A DNA stretch of 64,000 nucleotides from Neodothiora populina (taxonomy: Eukaryota). The notes beneath the pieces are model-generated. The model was not told where the DNA came from and searched no databases. It saw only the letters and a program-made list of their open reading frames with translations. Shown here in pieces: positions 49,059 through 62,980 of this stretch; the stretch's first letter is position 1, and every line of letters starts with the position of its first letter. The translations under genes and the position numbers were made by a program. The stretch lies in contig NW_027191409.1 of NCBI RefSeq assembly GCF_041146345.1, forward strand, positions 434,001 to 498,000. The letters are read 5' to 3'.

Positions 49059-50006
49059 TGTGAGTAAGGAATATGAGGTTTGTAATAACCGTGATTTAAA
49101 AGTATGAGAAGATTCCTGAGCTAATGGGCGTTCTGCTGTTTTGCTGTAGTATGATATGTACAGTTGATCTGAAAAGAAGGTGGTCCAGAAACGAGAAGGA
49201 CCCAAGCGAGCAAGTGCAAAGGTCAGTGGCGTACACGTAGCCCTCGAATCCCAAAAGTGGACCGCGACATCGCTGAGAGCTTAAAAAGAGGCCTAGACGT
49301 AAGTTTGTACGTCTCTACGGCACCGCAAGGCGGTATGGGGATCTTTCCTCCGGCTGATGTTGCTTTTATACAGCACCAAAGCGGGGAATGATGCGACGGC
49401 GTCGAAGCGAATCTGCCGCATCTCGAGTCCGACTTGGCGGCTTTGGTGAGGATGGGGGGACCGACCCTGGCCAACCCGAGCCGACCGTCTCCACACTACG
49501 CTGTCTGTTCCTCCTTCCCCACGCCGACGTCTCCTGCCGAGTGGGATGAGGCGGAGAGAATCAGATGCGTGTGATGGCACGGTCCGTAGCTTTGTATCAA
49601 GGGTACCGTGTGCCAGGTCGCTTTGTCGAGGATGCATATGCATCTTGCATGCTTTCATGCATTGTCCGATCCTCATGTGCAAATCGGAGGACCACGACCA
49701 CTCCCGCCCTAGCGACCTATGATACCAACTGCAAGGCCTCAATATAGCGATCGAATGCCCGTACCGAACCACGAGATGAACGCCAGCTGGAGCCGCTAAT
49801 CCTTCAACGAAACGTAGTCGGATGGTAGGAAGCAATGGAGATGGTGGAATGACAGATACGAAACGCTAGAATACAAAATGCATAAGACTCGCTAGAGATG
49901 CCCGCTCGATGCTGTATGATATAAATTAAACACAGAACCTACCTCCTGAACTTCGTCCCCGCCGCACGCGTTAGGAGATGTATCCAAGCTCTTTCGTATT
50001 ATCTCC

Positions 50007-53000
50007 TCAATGATCATACGAAACCTTCGTATCGTCGTTATTGGTGGGTATGCCCAGATCCGCAAGTGTAGAAACGGTCTGAGGGCTCAAAGTTTCTTCC
50101 TCTTCCACTGCCGCAATCCGCACGTCCTCTGCAGTCACCGCATCTCTGTCGTCAGCTCCATCGTCTTCTCTCATTCTTTCTTTGCCCTTCTTACTGCCTA
50201 CGGCCAGTTTCTTCGGGCTCCTTCCACCAAGCTTGACACCTTTGCCTCCCAGAGGAAGTTGCCCGCCGGTTCCAGGTTTGTGTCTATTGCCTATGCCGAT
50301 CTCACTCCCGCCTCTTGAACTATTGGCACCTGCCACTGATGCGAGATCCTTGACTTCCCTGAGTACCTCTCTGAATCCTTCTTCAAGTGTGTTCATACGC
50401 GCCAGCATGATGCGTCCAACCATGCCCTTCTCCTCTTCTTCCTGTTGTCTACGTTTCTGCTCATGCCTGCGTTCCATCTCACGATCGAAGTCACGCTCAC
50501 GTCGAAGCTGTTCGGAAAAGGAAGCCGGCAGACCTGGCGACATAGGATCGGGGCCATAGCGATTGTCACCCAGATCCGAGGCAAGATCGAGGGCAATGGC
50601 GTTGAAAGACGGGGCGCGACCCATACGCTGTCGATGGTTTAACAGGTCGTTGTGCATATCGAAGCGTAAATTAGGCGATGTCTGTGGAACACTTCGTCCC
50701 GCCAAGTTCGGCCGAGATCTGGTTGCTGGAGCAGGCTTTGGTATCTTGCGAGACGCAGGCTGCATGGATGCTGGAAGCGGTATTGGCGTCGACGTTCCTG
50801 AATTTCTTGTGGTTTGTGGGCGTGAACGGCGAGGTTCTTGGTCAGAGGTAGTGGAGGAAGTTGGTCCTGATACTGTCCTCTTCGCATCGAATACTGGAGA
50901 GAAGAGGATGGTCTGACTCGAAGCGTGGCGCTCGTGCGCATTGCGTCTGGGATCTGCGTCCACTATGCGCGCCTTTGTAGCGTGAGAGATTGACCCGTAG
51001 CCTGGGATCTGGGGGATTGCGGCGCCCCCAAAATAATCGCTTCCTGGTTGGTGCTTTGTCATCGGATGATTCTCTTTGTCACTCTCCTCGTCCTCGTCCT
51101 CATCGTCCTCGTCATCGACATCTTCGGCGCCATGTCTCGTGTCTGGTGGACCGCCTGGGGTACTGACAGGCTCATATCCTGTGACCGTCATATTGTCACC
51201 TTCGCCATCATCGTTGGTCAGGAGTTCATCGTCGCCATCAGCATCAGTCTCTTGAGGTAGGTCATCCCTACTCAATTCAAATTCGGTTTCCTCCTCGATC
51301 CGCGTCGGTCGATGCATAATCGTAGATATATCCTCTGGTTCTGATGCAACGGATCGGGTAGCTGTCGAATGTTCACGCCTCAGAGATTTCGAGGTCTGAG
51401 CACGACGATAACCTGGCCTAGCGCGGTTCTCGAGCCTTTCTACCACCGATCTTGGTTGTTCGAGCGGTGGACTGGCTCCTCCTTCTATACTAACGCCCCG
51501 CATCCAGCTACCAACCACGTTGGTTGATCTTCTTCTATCATCTTCTGGAACCGGATTAGGGGTGCGCACTGATGCATCCTGGTATGGTCTGCGGAACACC
51601 TCGTCCAATGCTCGCTCCTTGTGGAACGACACGATTGAAGGCTCTCTGAGGCGGGTGCCTGGACTGAAAGGTCCATTTGCTCTGTTGAAGGCAAAGGCAG
51701 GGAGTCTACCCCTTGCGCGCGACTTTCGCTCCACCAGGTCAGTGGGCTCATAGGCGTTCCTAGCCAATAACATCCTCTCGTACACACAGATGGAGAACAG
51801 GATGGGGAAGTGGGTGACCTTGATGATAGTCCGGTTCCCCTTGACGAATGTTCGAAACGGCATCATCCAGCGGAATGGCGTGGCAACCCACCCAAACAAA
51901 TTTGTTGGGGGAATATACGAGAACAGCGCATCCGATTTAACCATGGAAATAGTGTTGACGGCGAAGAGGAATTGATGCTCTTCATTTGCGTTTTGCACGA
52001 TAGCCATGAATGAATTGGTCAGTACGGTAATCAGGATTGTCACGATGAGGAAGTGACAGATGAACAGAAATATGGTCAAGATAGAGCGGCCGAGCACGTT
52101 ATACGTCGGCCACATCTCCCACGCAGCGGGTGTGAAACCCATGACCAATTGAAAACTACCTTCCATTAGTAAATGTTCAGTGAATCCGTGTAATGTCCAC
52201 TTACAGTGCATATGCAACTTTCGATCCGTCAGTCTTGGAATCACTGAATGACAGGGTGAAAGCAACGAAGAACCCGCTGCAGCTAATGACAATCAATATC
52301 AAGATGGCAACCATGTCCTGTGCCATCATGCGGAAAGCAATGAGAAGCTGCGAGAAGTATCTATAGTGATCAAGCACGCTGAACAGACGCGGAAACAGCA
52401 AGATAGCAGACGACGCAAGCACATCATAAGCCATATTCGCCATCGTGTGTCTGCGATCTTCAGCTATCAGTACCCCGTAGAGGCGTAAGAAGTAGTAGAT
52501 GAAGAAGAGCAGCAGAATGCCGAGATCGAAAGCATTCCAGACACTCATGATATAGAGCCCAAAGCCTTGTTCGCTAAAGCCCACGACCTCATCAAGCATG
52601 TAACCCGCACTCCAAAACCAAAAGACGACCTCAAGAGGGGTAATCTCCAAGGATCTATCAGCTAAGACAGCGAGGAAAAGTCCAAGCATGATGGCGAAGG
52701 AAAGGGTCGAGAAAATCTGTCTATATCGAGGGACGCGTAGCCGCGATAGCTTGAACAGGGAAGCATCCTTGGGATTGTACAAGGTCACTGACCGCCGGAA
52801 TCCGCCCGATTTCGCAGCTTCTGGTGATTTGATGGGCCGAGTAACTGTGCTGGTCTCATTGCTGATCTGTTGACCGTTCTCGATAGCACCATAGCCACGT
52901 CTGCCACGGACATATGACTTGGCCGGTCTCCGATGAAGGCTATCTGCAGCGGAGTGGAAGACAATCGTTCCCGCCCAGATAGCCTCAAGTTGTTGCACCA

Positions 53001-53900
53001 CCAGTGGATGCGCCAGAAATCTCTTGGCTTGGGAACGAATTGCGATCTCGACCGTGGAGATTCGAGCACCACGGCCGTGTTGTCGTGCCTTTGCGCCTGG
53101 TGCACCCAATGTTGTGATGCCTTCTAGAGGATCGAAGTCGTAGCTTAAAGCATCAATCAATTCACGGATGCTGAACTCTTTCAACAGGCGCATGGCGAGC
53201 AGTTCCGACACCATGGCCCGCGTCTTGCTCACACCTGCATTTCCTGGATTTGTCTGCGCTTCTTTCTGGAATTGAAGACAATTGGCAATCAAGGCGCATA
53301 TTGTTGCGCGATTGAAGTGGTCGGCGAGAATGGTAGATTGGATCGGTTTGACCACAAATTGAGAAATCTGCGGCGAGCGAAGTTGGTCCCACGATAAGGT
53401 CGTTTCGACTTTCTGCACAATGAGGATGCGACAGGAATGCGTGATGTTGTAGAGAGGTAGTTGGTCTGTGATGGTTCGAAATCAGTTTGTTTCCGTGCAA
53501 TTGCTTTACTAGTGCAGCGCGACATCGAAGACTGTGACTCTAAGGTATCGCGATAAGGAGTCAGAGAGCCAGTTGAATCTCAGATCCAATCGTGAGGTCC
53601 AACGTTGTTCTACACCAGGATACTTCTGTGTTTGGACAAACTATTGCTGTGGTGGGTCTTACCAAGGTGTTCAGAGGAGAATATGGGAAGTAAAGGTGTA
53701 TCAATCTCTTCGTCTTCCCCTTCGTCTTCCTCATCGTCATAATCCATGTCGTCTTCGCGATCTTGCTCTTCCTCTTGCTGATACCCAACAGCACGCCTAT
53801 CACCGTTCTCAAGCAGTGGTCTTCTCACCGCGACTGGCGAGGGCGACCTGTCCCCAGACCGCCTTCCCCTATTCTTCGGCCGCCATAAAGACGAAAACAT
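50007..53900 (-). CDS. TRP-like/Yvc1-related cation channel (ion transport domain, ~1215 aa); exons ~53900-53663, 53465-52205, 52155-50007
   Basis: ETTLSWDQLRSPQ, KRFLAHPLVVQQLEAIWAG, RLRVPRY, multiple TM helices, WNAFDL, pore-like FQLVMGFTPAAW followed by an S6-like helix LIVTILITVLTNSF. Start could be ATG 53909 or 53900. Confidence 0.82.
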
Positions 53901-54759
53901 CACAGCCATTTGAACCCTGGGTTGCGTATGCGACTGTCGAAGATACGATAAGTCAACCTACGATATCGACCTCACGATATATTAGACATTAGTATAAACA
54001 ATATTGTTATTTATTTAGTCATATGCCGCAAACAACAAGGGCGTCCAGCGGTCATGGCGTATCGATCTAGGCGGGGGAGAATGAAACGGTGCTGGAAAAC
54101 AAACGGGGCGGTCAAGATCAAGAATGTACTGTACCACTGTATATATTACAACATATCTAATGCTTGAGGGCAAAACCTAATGAAAAGCTGGTCAGAGCCG
54201 GTGCGCAACCCACAGATACCCATAATGCAGAGGCGAGGACTGTGGCGCGGTAGATGCGGTGCGAATATCCGAACCCGGGTCTTATCTTCGCTACTATCCT
54301 CTGCTGCATATAACATGTCACAAGTACCCCACGATAAGATACCTACTCAAAAACTGGCCATTCGCTGAAGGAGTGTTCTGTACCTAGTAAGGCAAGGCAA
54401 GTTCTCTAGATATCGTTGACCGGTTCGATTTGCCATGTCAGGTCGCACTCATCAGGCTCGTCTCCCCGCCCGCTGCCTGTATATATGAGGGACCAACAAA
54501 CAGTCTGTTGGTTTCGCTCTGTCTACTTAAGCGCCGCCACCACTAGACGGTCTCGCATGATTTGATATATGACTCCGCCTTGTCCTCGGTATTGTGTCCT
54601 CACGTGCATTCTACGCGAGATGAGAGCGCCTGAGTGAGATTTGCCGCATTAGCTATTTGGTCGAAACTTCAGAGTGTTCCACCATGGCAAGTAACCCGCT
54701 CGCGGGCATTTATTAGCAACCCATTACCTTGGTCGCATTGGGCGCCTGTAAACCTCACG

Positions 54760-57093
54760 ATGGCTCTTGTGATGCAATCGCCGACACAGCCGCTATCTTC
54801 TACGTTGACTGACTCCCCTGGCTCTCCCTCATCACTTCGAAGGTAATGATCACGTCTGTGATGCCCAGCTCCTCCCACGTGTATAACACAAGTTTGCAGA
54901 TCATCCAACCTCGCTCCTCCGCCATCGCCTTATCCGCAGCATGTTGACCCTTCACCGACCGACTCAAATGGTACGGAGAGCACCGACATCGATGAAGATC
55001 TACAAGAGGAAGAAATTCAAGTGGAACCAGGCTCAGCTGTGGGCAGTGAATCGACTAGTCCTCCAACACAGGATAGTGTATCTATTGTCCCAAGTGTTAG
55101 CATTGATGCACACCAGGCTAACATATTCGTGCCAGCTCGCCAAAATAACAACGGATCTTCCCGCACGACTAAGGGCGAGCTCGGATGATGAACCGCGATC
55201 TGTTATTCATGCGCCTACCGGGAGGATTGGTTTCGGTTCATATGTGGGTGATAAGACGCCATAGAGTTCGACTGTGCGCATGCTCATATATCATATGTTC
55301 CAGTCAAGAAGCAATACAATCGAAAGCACCTACGGCACCACCGTCAGATCATCGCAGCGTAGCAGAGGTTCCCCAGTCACACCGGACGCCGCAGAAGGTC
55401 GTCACGAGAAGGTATATATGTCCATTGCATGCTCGTCTGATTTACATGGTATAGAATGCTGATATGACCTGGGTTAAAGCGCATGTCTATGGTATCTGTT
55501 GGCGAGAACGAAAGACCAGCCATTGAGCGAGACAGTACCTCATTAGCATCCTTCAATACCTCGTCATCAGAAGAGGTCCGAGGCTCTGAGTCACCAAGTT
55601 CTCAGACCGACACATACGCGGAAGGTTAGTAGCTCATCCCTGTATATCTACATCTTATGGGGAGCTGATGACTCGAAGACGAATCCACAAGCCCGCATCT
55701 ACATGATATCATGCGAGATCATCAGTCAAGCATGATACAAAAGGCTTCGGCTCGCGAAGATGTCAGCGATACAGAAGAGACAGTAACAGCCGTACCTGCA
55801 TTACAGACCGCGCTTGGTGAATGTTGGGTGCTGTGCAATACACTTGCCACGCTCAGTTCGAGCCACAGGGATCGTGTATTCACCTCGGCAAGTAGTGCGG
55901 CTCAAGAATATGCCTGGCAAAGCTGCTGGCGACTGTGCCAGAAACTCTACGAGAGTTACGACTCGCCCGTCGCTGAGACCTTGTCTATCCTAGAGCTATG
56001 TCGTGACTTTAGTCAGGCGCTCTTCGAAGTGCGGCACAGAGGGGATGAAGCTACGGACTCTGTACTAAGGGTGAGCTTCGAGATGAACAACCACCTCTAC
56101 AACACGCATGACCGACATCTTCCCGAAGCATTCCGCGAGAGGACGCTAGATTTCTACGTTACCATCTGTCACCGCATGATGAAGCAACGAACCACTCTTA
56201 CCGTGGAGACTGATGCCTTGTTACGGGCATGCTGGTCTCTTGCCGAGATGCTATTCAATCTCCGACAAGCGAGACGAGAGCAGAGATTCAGCGACGATGA
56301 TCTACTGGGTTCTGCAGTCCAAGCATGCTGGGAACTCTGTGATCTGTTCCGCGAGGGCTGGACACAAGCTCGACCAGAGCGAGGGACCCCTCGGCCCAGT
56401 CAACCACAATTCCCGCACAACGTACGAGGAAGCGGCTCCTCGATCCATTCCACGATCCGTTCAACGTCGAGTCTGAGCAGTAGCTCCTATCACGATGCCC
56501 CGGCGCTGCCACCCGAGACTCCAATCACGATATTCGACGACACCACGACAGCGGCATCCTCGCCAGCCTCGATGAACAATCCAAATATCTTGGTATTGGG
56601 CACTATCAGTAATGGAACCCTTGCTAGCGGTTCTCATCACAACAGATGGTCAAGCAATGCCTCGATTTTGAGCGGCTACGCAGAGTCAGCCGGGTCATCG
56701 TCCACTGCAACAGCAAGCAAGCAAGGCTCGCATCTGTTTCGACTGCAATACCTCATCCTCAAAGCAGCCATGAACGCAGGCTTCAACCGCACCTCGGTGC
56801 AATCGTTCTCTGTCTTCGTCAAGTCCTTACCAGGTGACGGATTTGGCCCACTACTATGGCAGAAACGACTCCTCCAGCGATACAAGTCTCTAGTCGACGC
56901 GGACGCATCGCTTCGGGCTCTCAACAATCTACCAAGTCGGCGTCTGACAGGCACAGAGGTTGCGAAAGCGGTAGATTGGCTAGCGCGAGAAGACAAATGG
57001 GCGTGGTTGAGGGATCTTTATCGGCTAGTGTGCGATGTCAAGCCTGAGGAGGTGCTGTCGAACACCATAAAATCAATTTATTTGCAGGCGTAA
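54760..57093 (+). CDS. Conserved-looking fungal hypothetical protein; probable exons 54760-54842, 54900-55077, 55136-55243, 55304-55411, 55480-55624, 55679-57093
   Basis: Large final exon with a helical domain (ALQTALGECWVLCNTLATLS..SVLRVSFEMNNHLY..AVQACWELCDLFREGW). Five short introns keep frame, but several donors are weak (GTATCT, GTGGGT), so the 5' model is tentative. Confidence 0.7.
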
Positions 57094-57519
57094 TGGGTGG
57101 GGCATGCGGGCATCTGATAACAATGTTGAAGCTATACATTTTGAGATTGATAGCCGCACAACGCGCCAGTGCAGAGACGAGACGAGGCCAGCTCTTCTCT
57201 AGCCCAATCAGGCTAGTGTGGAACAGCTTGACATGCTATACACTCGAATCTCGAACCACATGTCGCTTCCAAGATGACATTAAGCATCTCAGGAAACCGA
57301 ATCACGGTTTATTGAAGTCTGGGCGTCACCTATCATTCAACCTCAGCTTTGACCGATGATATGCCTACTGAGCGTCCAAGTCCGTATAGTTCAGCTTTGC
57401 CTGTCCTCGAACAAGACTTCAGTTCTACTTCACTCATATTTCACTTGCTCCTCGTTGTGGACTCAATTCCGATTCATTCCAATTTGACTTTGACATAATA
57501 TTCGTTACAAGCTCGACAT

Positions 57520-59108
57520 TCAAGCAAGAGTAGGAAACACGCGTCTAAGCAAGACGCGCGCCCGAGAGCCCTGTGGGCGATGCTCTTCTTGCTCGATGTC
57601 ATCATGATCAGTAGTCGGAGGAGCGTGAGGACCTAACATGGCTAACGCCCTCGTCCGCGCCCACTCTCTTCGTCCGTGATTCGAAACGGCTGTTGGAGGC
57701 GCCCGACCTGGCACGACAGCAGTGGCGATCAGCTCCATATCTGTAGATGCTTGTGGGTGGCTTTCCAACTCGGGCAACGTCGAGTCTGCCGTACTGCTGG
57801 GTTGCGCTCTCTGGTATCGTTGTCGGTATAGTTGTTGACGTCTGGCGTCCCTTTCCCTCTTGACCATCATATCTGTGATCTTCACTGGACAGTAGCCACG
57901 TGGTAATGTCGACTGCTTACACATGGGACATATCGATGCGTTCTCTCGTAGGAAAGTGTCGATACACTCTGGGTGGAAGATGTGCCTGCATGGTAGCTGC
58001 CTGACACGGGACTGTGATTCGAGAAAGTCTTCGAGGCAGATGGCGCATGTTGGTTGAAACAGCGCTTTTGTGCTTGTGGTAGCGACGCTCGTTTCGTTCA
58101 CGTTGACAGTGTCCTTGTTGCCATGTGAAGTGTCGCTCGCCTGCTGCTTTAATGTAGCAGGTGCATGTGATTCCGGGGGCGGGTAGGCGTAGACGGGAAA
58201 CGTATCGATGATCTTGGGAGGAACGGTGATCTTTTTGATACCAACAGTCCTGAGATCTACCTCGCCGCGTGAGATCCTTTCTCCCAGGTCTCGACGTCTT
58301 GCGCGCTGTACGATGTGCATCGCACCAGATGCTACTCCGGTAGCAGCGACGAGGACTGCGAGGACAATGAATGTCAACGCCCATATACTGGGCGTTCCAG
58401 ATGAGAGCGAATTGGTAGTTATGCTCATCTGGAGCCTGACATAGTCACTCGGGGGGTAGTTGGCTGTCAATGCTGGACCATATGGTGCGCTACTCATGTT
58501 CCCCGAATATAGCGACATCTGATACAGGATCGCCATGGCGGGGCCTGATGGGATCGCATAAACCGGGAACGGATATCTTTGCTTCCACTGACCTCCGTCT
58601 CCAAGACCCCAGGCGATATTGTTGGCAGGAGGAGGAGCAGAAGAGGACAACTCTGGTAAAAAGAAGACGAAAGCAGATAGCGCAGATTGAAAGGACGATG
58701 CTTGCAAGTAGCGAAGAGTACAGTCAGGACTGAGCCAAGGCGCAATAGCAATCAAGTGCGAGTCTTGAGGTAGATCCGGCAATCGGGTGACATTGCTTGG
58801 GAAATAGCGAGCTGAGCTGTTTGTGCAGAGACCATCTCCGGCGAGGTCTGGCACGTAGAGGAGACCCGTCCTGTCATCTCCAGCAGAAGCGGAATGGGTA
58901 GACAGAGTGCGTATGTCGCCGGACAACTCAGCGGCGAAGGAGAATGAACCATCTACTTGATGCTGGCTGAAATTCAGTGTAAATCAGCAAGACTGTTGCA
59001 TCATATGCAGCGATGAGTAATGGAATCTGCTGACTGTTGGATACTATTTGGATCGGGATCTGGGTTGGGCAAGACCAGAGTGACAATCTTCAGCGCCTTT
59101 GCGGACAT
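57520..59108 (-). CDS. Transmembrane RING-H2 E3 ubiquitin ligase (luminal domain-TM-RING)
   Basis: CAICLEDF..QLPCRHIFHPECIDTFL..CPMC RING-H2 and TM helix WALTFIVLAVLVAATGV. Probable start ATG 59108 (MSAKALKIVTLV) with one short intron around 59034-58967 (boundaries tentative). Confidence 0.85.
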
Positions 59109-60159
59109 GGTGAACGCGTTGGTCGCAACGAGGATGCGCACAAGTCAGAGAGAACTCAGGATCGGCACATGGGAGGCGATGAATCGACGTGCAGAATAAG
59201 GTAAAGCGCAGTATACTCGGGTGAATTCGAATACGCAATAGGCTGAATAACAAGACGAGGGTGTTCAAATACTCAGATATGACGATTAGTTACATGGATA
59301 TGAAAGTCACGGTGTATGCAAGTGCAGAAAAACCAAAGGCTACCGGCCTTGGAGCAGTCCTACGCATCGGTGTAGATAACAATAGATAAGGTATACGGAT
59401 ATGCTCATGAGAAGACCTACTGTACTGTACGGTTTCAGTAAATGACAGCTAGATTCCGGGGACTCTGGCACTGGACTGTAAACACTAAACAAACGGATCC
59501 TCCTCGCACGCCCTCACCCCACAGAGTCACATGCATTTATCGGAGCAGCCAAGGCCTGTGAGGCCTCGGGACTAATCTACTGTATCCGTTTGACTACCTT
59601 GAAATACTGACAGCTCATGTAACGTATGTACATCTAATGGAGAGCAGACAGAACAGTACTCATGCATCATTGGTTTACAGTACCTAGACCGACTGCCTGT
59701 TTGTGAAATCCAAACATTGATGGCAGCGCTGGAGATCGGCAGCAAACGCGACGGCGCAAGCACAGACCAAGTTCCACGATACAAAGTACAAGTACACTGA
59801 GCACCAGCCAAGCCAGTGCCTTCCCTTTGAGTGCTTGTGGCATTATTATCTCCGTTTGATCTCCATCTTTCTCTCCGTCTCCATCTCTATTCACACTCAC
59901 ATTCACATCTACATCACTACAAACCTTACATACAACGAAGGTATCGATGAAGCAATAGGTCCATATACTTCCATCTGTATCACGCCTTCTGTCCGCATCA
60001 CCCCAAAAACCCCGTGACTCAACCTCCACCGCGGCCGTACAAGAGACACCCAACGACAACTGCCTCTCGTCACTGAGCGCATCAAGAGCACAGCACAGTA
60101 GACACCGAAGATGCAAAACGTCTCATCGCCCTTGCCGCCCACATTCTAGAAAACAAAAA

Positions 60160-62202
60160 ATGCCGTCTTCGCAGGCTTCGAAAGGAAAAATAGCCAAGTC
60201 ACGCAGTCGTGACAGCCGTTCCTTGTCTCGCGCCACGGCCTCGCCAGCGCCCATCTCCGCCTCTACATCCACCTCCACCTCTGCTTCGGCCTCCGCTGCT
60301 GCCTCCGCGGCCGCTACTGCTTCTGCAGCTGCGCCATCCACTGTGACTGGTGATTCGGCATACCTACATACCCCCCTGCAGTCGCTGCTTGTGCCGCCCA
60401 ACGTATCAATAGAATCGCTCATCGAGCAAAGACACAACTCCAGCTCTTCAAATCCGCCGTCAGCTGCCAGCTTACATGCGCTGCACGAAGACATCACCAA
60501 CAAGGTACTGAGCCATGTGCGCGAACGCGCTGAGCTCTGCGACAAAGGAATGCGTGAACTTTCCAAGAAGCGAAAAGAGAGGGAGAGGGCCGAGGAGGAT
60601 CGCGCGCGACAAGAAGCGAGGGACCGTGACGATGAGCGCAAGAGGAGCGACATAAAGAAAGAAAAAGTGTCGAAAAAGAAAGACGCGCAAAGTCAAGATC
60701 AAGGCGCCAGTGACTCCAGGCCTCTGGCTGTAGGCGCACACGGTGTTGCTCGACAGGACGGTGGAGCTTCGAGTAAAGCGCTGCGGCGGTCGTCCTCTTC
60801 TTCCTCTTCACCACCACCACCTCCCGCCGTGGACTCGTCTGCTCCTGAGGCCGCGGCAGCCCCAGCTTCCACTTCGGTGGCAGCTGCGCCTTCACCTACT
60901 GCTTCAGATGCTAGCCACCAACCCCCGCCTGCTCCCGCCGTCGCGCATTACGAAAGCTTTGGCGACGACCCAACCCAGTTCGCCGACCCCACCGTATACG
61001 ATATTCGCCCTCTGACGCCCGATATGAGCGAGGAACAGAAAAAGCAGATATTATGCGTCGCCCGTTACCCCCATAGTGATCTCCACGATCTGACTCCTGG
61101 CACACCACCCGACATGGACTTCAGCAATGCGAAGCCGTCCAGTCAAATTAACTTCTCCACTTTCCAGGCCTATGTCGAGCCATATATTCGTCCCCTGACG
61201 GAAGAGGACGTTGCCTTCCTGAAAGAGCGCGGCGATCGAGTTACACCTTACATCATTCCGCCCCGTGGACCAGCACCTTACAAAGAGATATGGGCCAAGG
61301 AAGATGGCGTCAGCTACCATAACTTCAATCCTCACCTATCAGCGAACGATGCACGTGGTTCCATAGAGAACATGACCGATGATGTCGCCGAGACAGACGA
61401 GATATCAAACGGGCCCATCATGTCACGCCTCTTACAACTCCTGCGCCATGATCAGAATCCGAATACCAACGATCCGTCCAATCAGCAATCTGGAGATGTG
61501 TCTATGGTGAATGGCGAGAGCACGGGCGCCGTACAGGACGCAGAGGGCACCAGCCAGTTCACCACTGGCAATGAAGATGAAACCCTGGCAGCGTTCAAGC
61601 CTTCGACCTATTTCCCGGACTCTTCAGCCTTCTCCGGTCAGAAGTTTCCGTTCGCCTCCTTTCGTGACGTCCCCACATTTGAGCAACGTACCTTGCAAGA
61701 ATTGCGCTATAGCGGCTTCCTGACCCCGGAGGCTGACCCCGAGTATGACTCGTTCTACGACGATGAGGTTGCTGCACGGTTGCGCCACTTACAGAGCGAA
61801 TTGCAATACATATCTCGTCAGAATGGAGCTCGGAAGGCTCGGGTCTTGGAGCTGACGGAGGAACGCATGGCCATGCAAGAATACTCCACCATCGCCGATG
61901 ACCTGGATTCGCAGATCAACACTGCATACCTGAAGCGGAATCGCACCATGAGTAAGCCCAAAAAGGGCGTCGGCAAGGCAAGACCTGGTCAAGCTGGGAC
62001 AGGCGGTGTCGCCGTCACTAGAAATGCCGTCAGTGAAGGTGTGCGAATGTTGATGGACAGACGGAAAGAATGGAGAGACCTCATTGGTCCAGTGGTAGAT
62101 TTCGGAACCACAACGATACCCAAAGAGACAGTATTCGACAAGGCTTCTATGGATCGCCTTGATAAAGTGGAGGCGGAGACCGGTGAAGTCGAGGGTGAAT
62201 GA
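60160..62202 (+). CDS. NGG1: SAGA/ADA histone acetyltransferase complex subunit Ada3/Ngg1
   Basis: RPLAVGAHGVARQDG, DPTVYDIR, DFSNAKPSSQINFSTF..YVEPYIRPLTEEDVAFLKERGDR, GPIMSRLL, EQRTLQELRY, DDEVAARLRHLQSEL, QEYSTIADDLDSQI are typical of fungal Ada3. Confidence 0.92.
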   Translation: MPSSQASKGKIAKSRSRDSRSLSRATASPAPISASTSTSTSASASAAASAAATASAAAPSTVTGDSAYLHTPLQSLLVPPNVSIESLIEQRHNSSSSNPPSAASLHALHEDITNKVLSHVRERAELCDKGMRELSKKRKERERAEEDRARQEARDRDDERKRSDIKKEKVSKKKDAQSQDQGASDSRPLAVGAHGVARQDGGASSKALRRSSSSSSSPPPPPAVDSSAPEAAAAPASTSVAAAPSPTASDASHQPPPAPAVAHYESFGDDPTQFADPTVYDIRPLTPDMSEEQKKQILCVARYPHSDLHDLTPGTPPDMDFSNAKPSSQINFSTFQAYVEPYIRPLTEEDVAFLKERGDRVTPYIIPPRGPAPYKEIWAKEDGVSYHNFNPHLSANDARGSIENMTDDVAETDEISNGPIMSRLLQLLRHDQNPNTNDPSNQQSGDVSMVNGESTGAVQDAEGTSQFTTGNEDETLAAFKPSTYFPDSSAFSGQKFPFASFRDVPTFEQRTLQELRYSGFLTPEADPEYDSFYDDEVAARLRHLQSELQYISRQNGARKARVLELTEERMAMQEYSTIADDLDSQINTAYLKRNRTMSKPKKGVGKARPGQAGTGGVAVTRNAVSEGVRMLMDRRKEWRDLIGPVVDFGTTTIPKETVFDKASMDRLDKVEAETGEVEGE

Positions 62203-62980
62203 CACGAATCATGAAATGGCCATTAGTAAAGTCTGTAGCACCTCGTGGAGAGAATATCACACGTCTTCCTCCCTCCATCTGAAGGATGCAGCTCCCTTTT
62301 ATGACTGCCGAATATGCGAATTGGGGTTCAACCTGCCATGACGTACTATCGTACAATGCGCATCGACGAGATAGTGGACATGTAATCCAACCGCGAATGC
62401 TAGTTGGTCAGAAAGCATCTCAAATTCGGACCTTCCTTCGAACTACTCGAAGGTCGAGTAAGAAGGAAACGCAACGCCGAACGACCAGCAAACGACACCC
62501 AAACCAGGAACGAAGTCCTAAAGAATGAAACACGAGACCAGTCTAGTTCCAAGCTGAGATTCCAGTGAGCAACAAATAGAACTACGGCCAGTCCGTGCCA
62601 TAACACACATCAAGTATGGAAATGCCATCAGCAGTAAGGTACTCGACATGAACATATGTGGTACACATCCAACTACTTTCTCTGTAAAAAAAAATGACAC
62701 AAAGTCAATAAGGTGCCCTTCTAAAAACTCAATTTACAATTAGGTTGATACCACGTGCCCCATACTACCGGCAGCACGTTCAAGTCACTACATGACTGAT
62801 GATTCCTGCTGTCAAACCGACCATTTTCGTCACTGATGGCTCAGTGGACAGTAGGTCAGGTAAGAATGAATTGTAGCTGCTGTCTTGATGGACTGTGAGT
62901 CGAGTCAGATTGGACTGGGAGTGAATGACGGGAGACTCGGAATGTGATTGTGATGGAATCTACGTGTATGGTAAGGTAAG

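Noticed and set aside
53466..53662. 197-nt intron of the channel gene with TGACTC/GAGTCA hairpin
   Set aside because: Only one short stem and no C/D or H/ACA box arrangement; insufficient for an ncRNA call.
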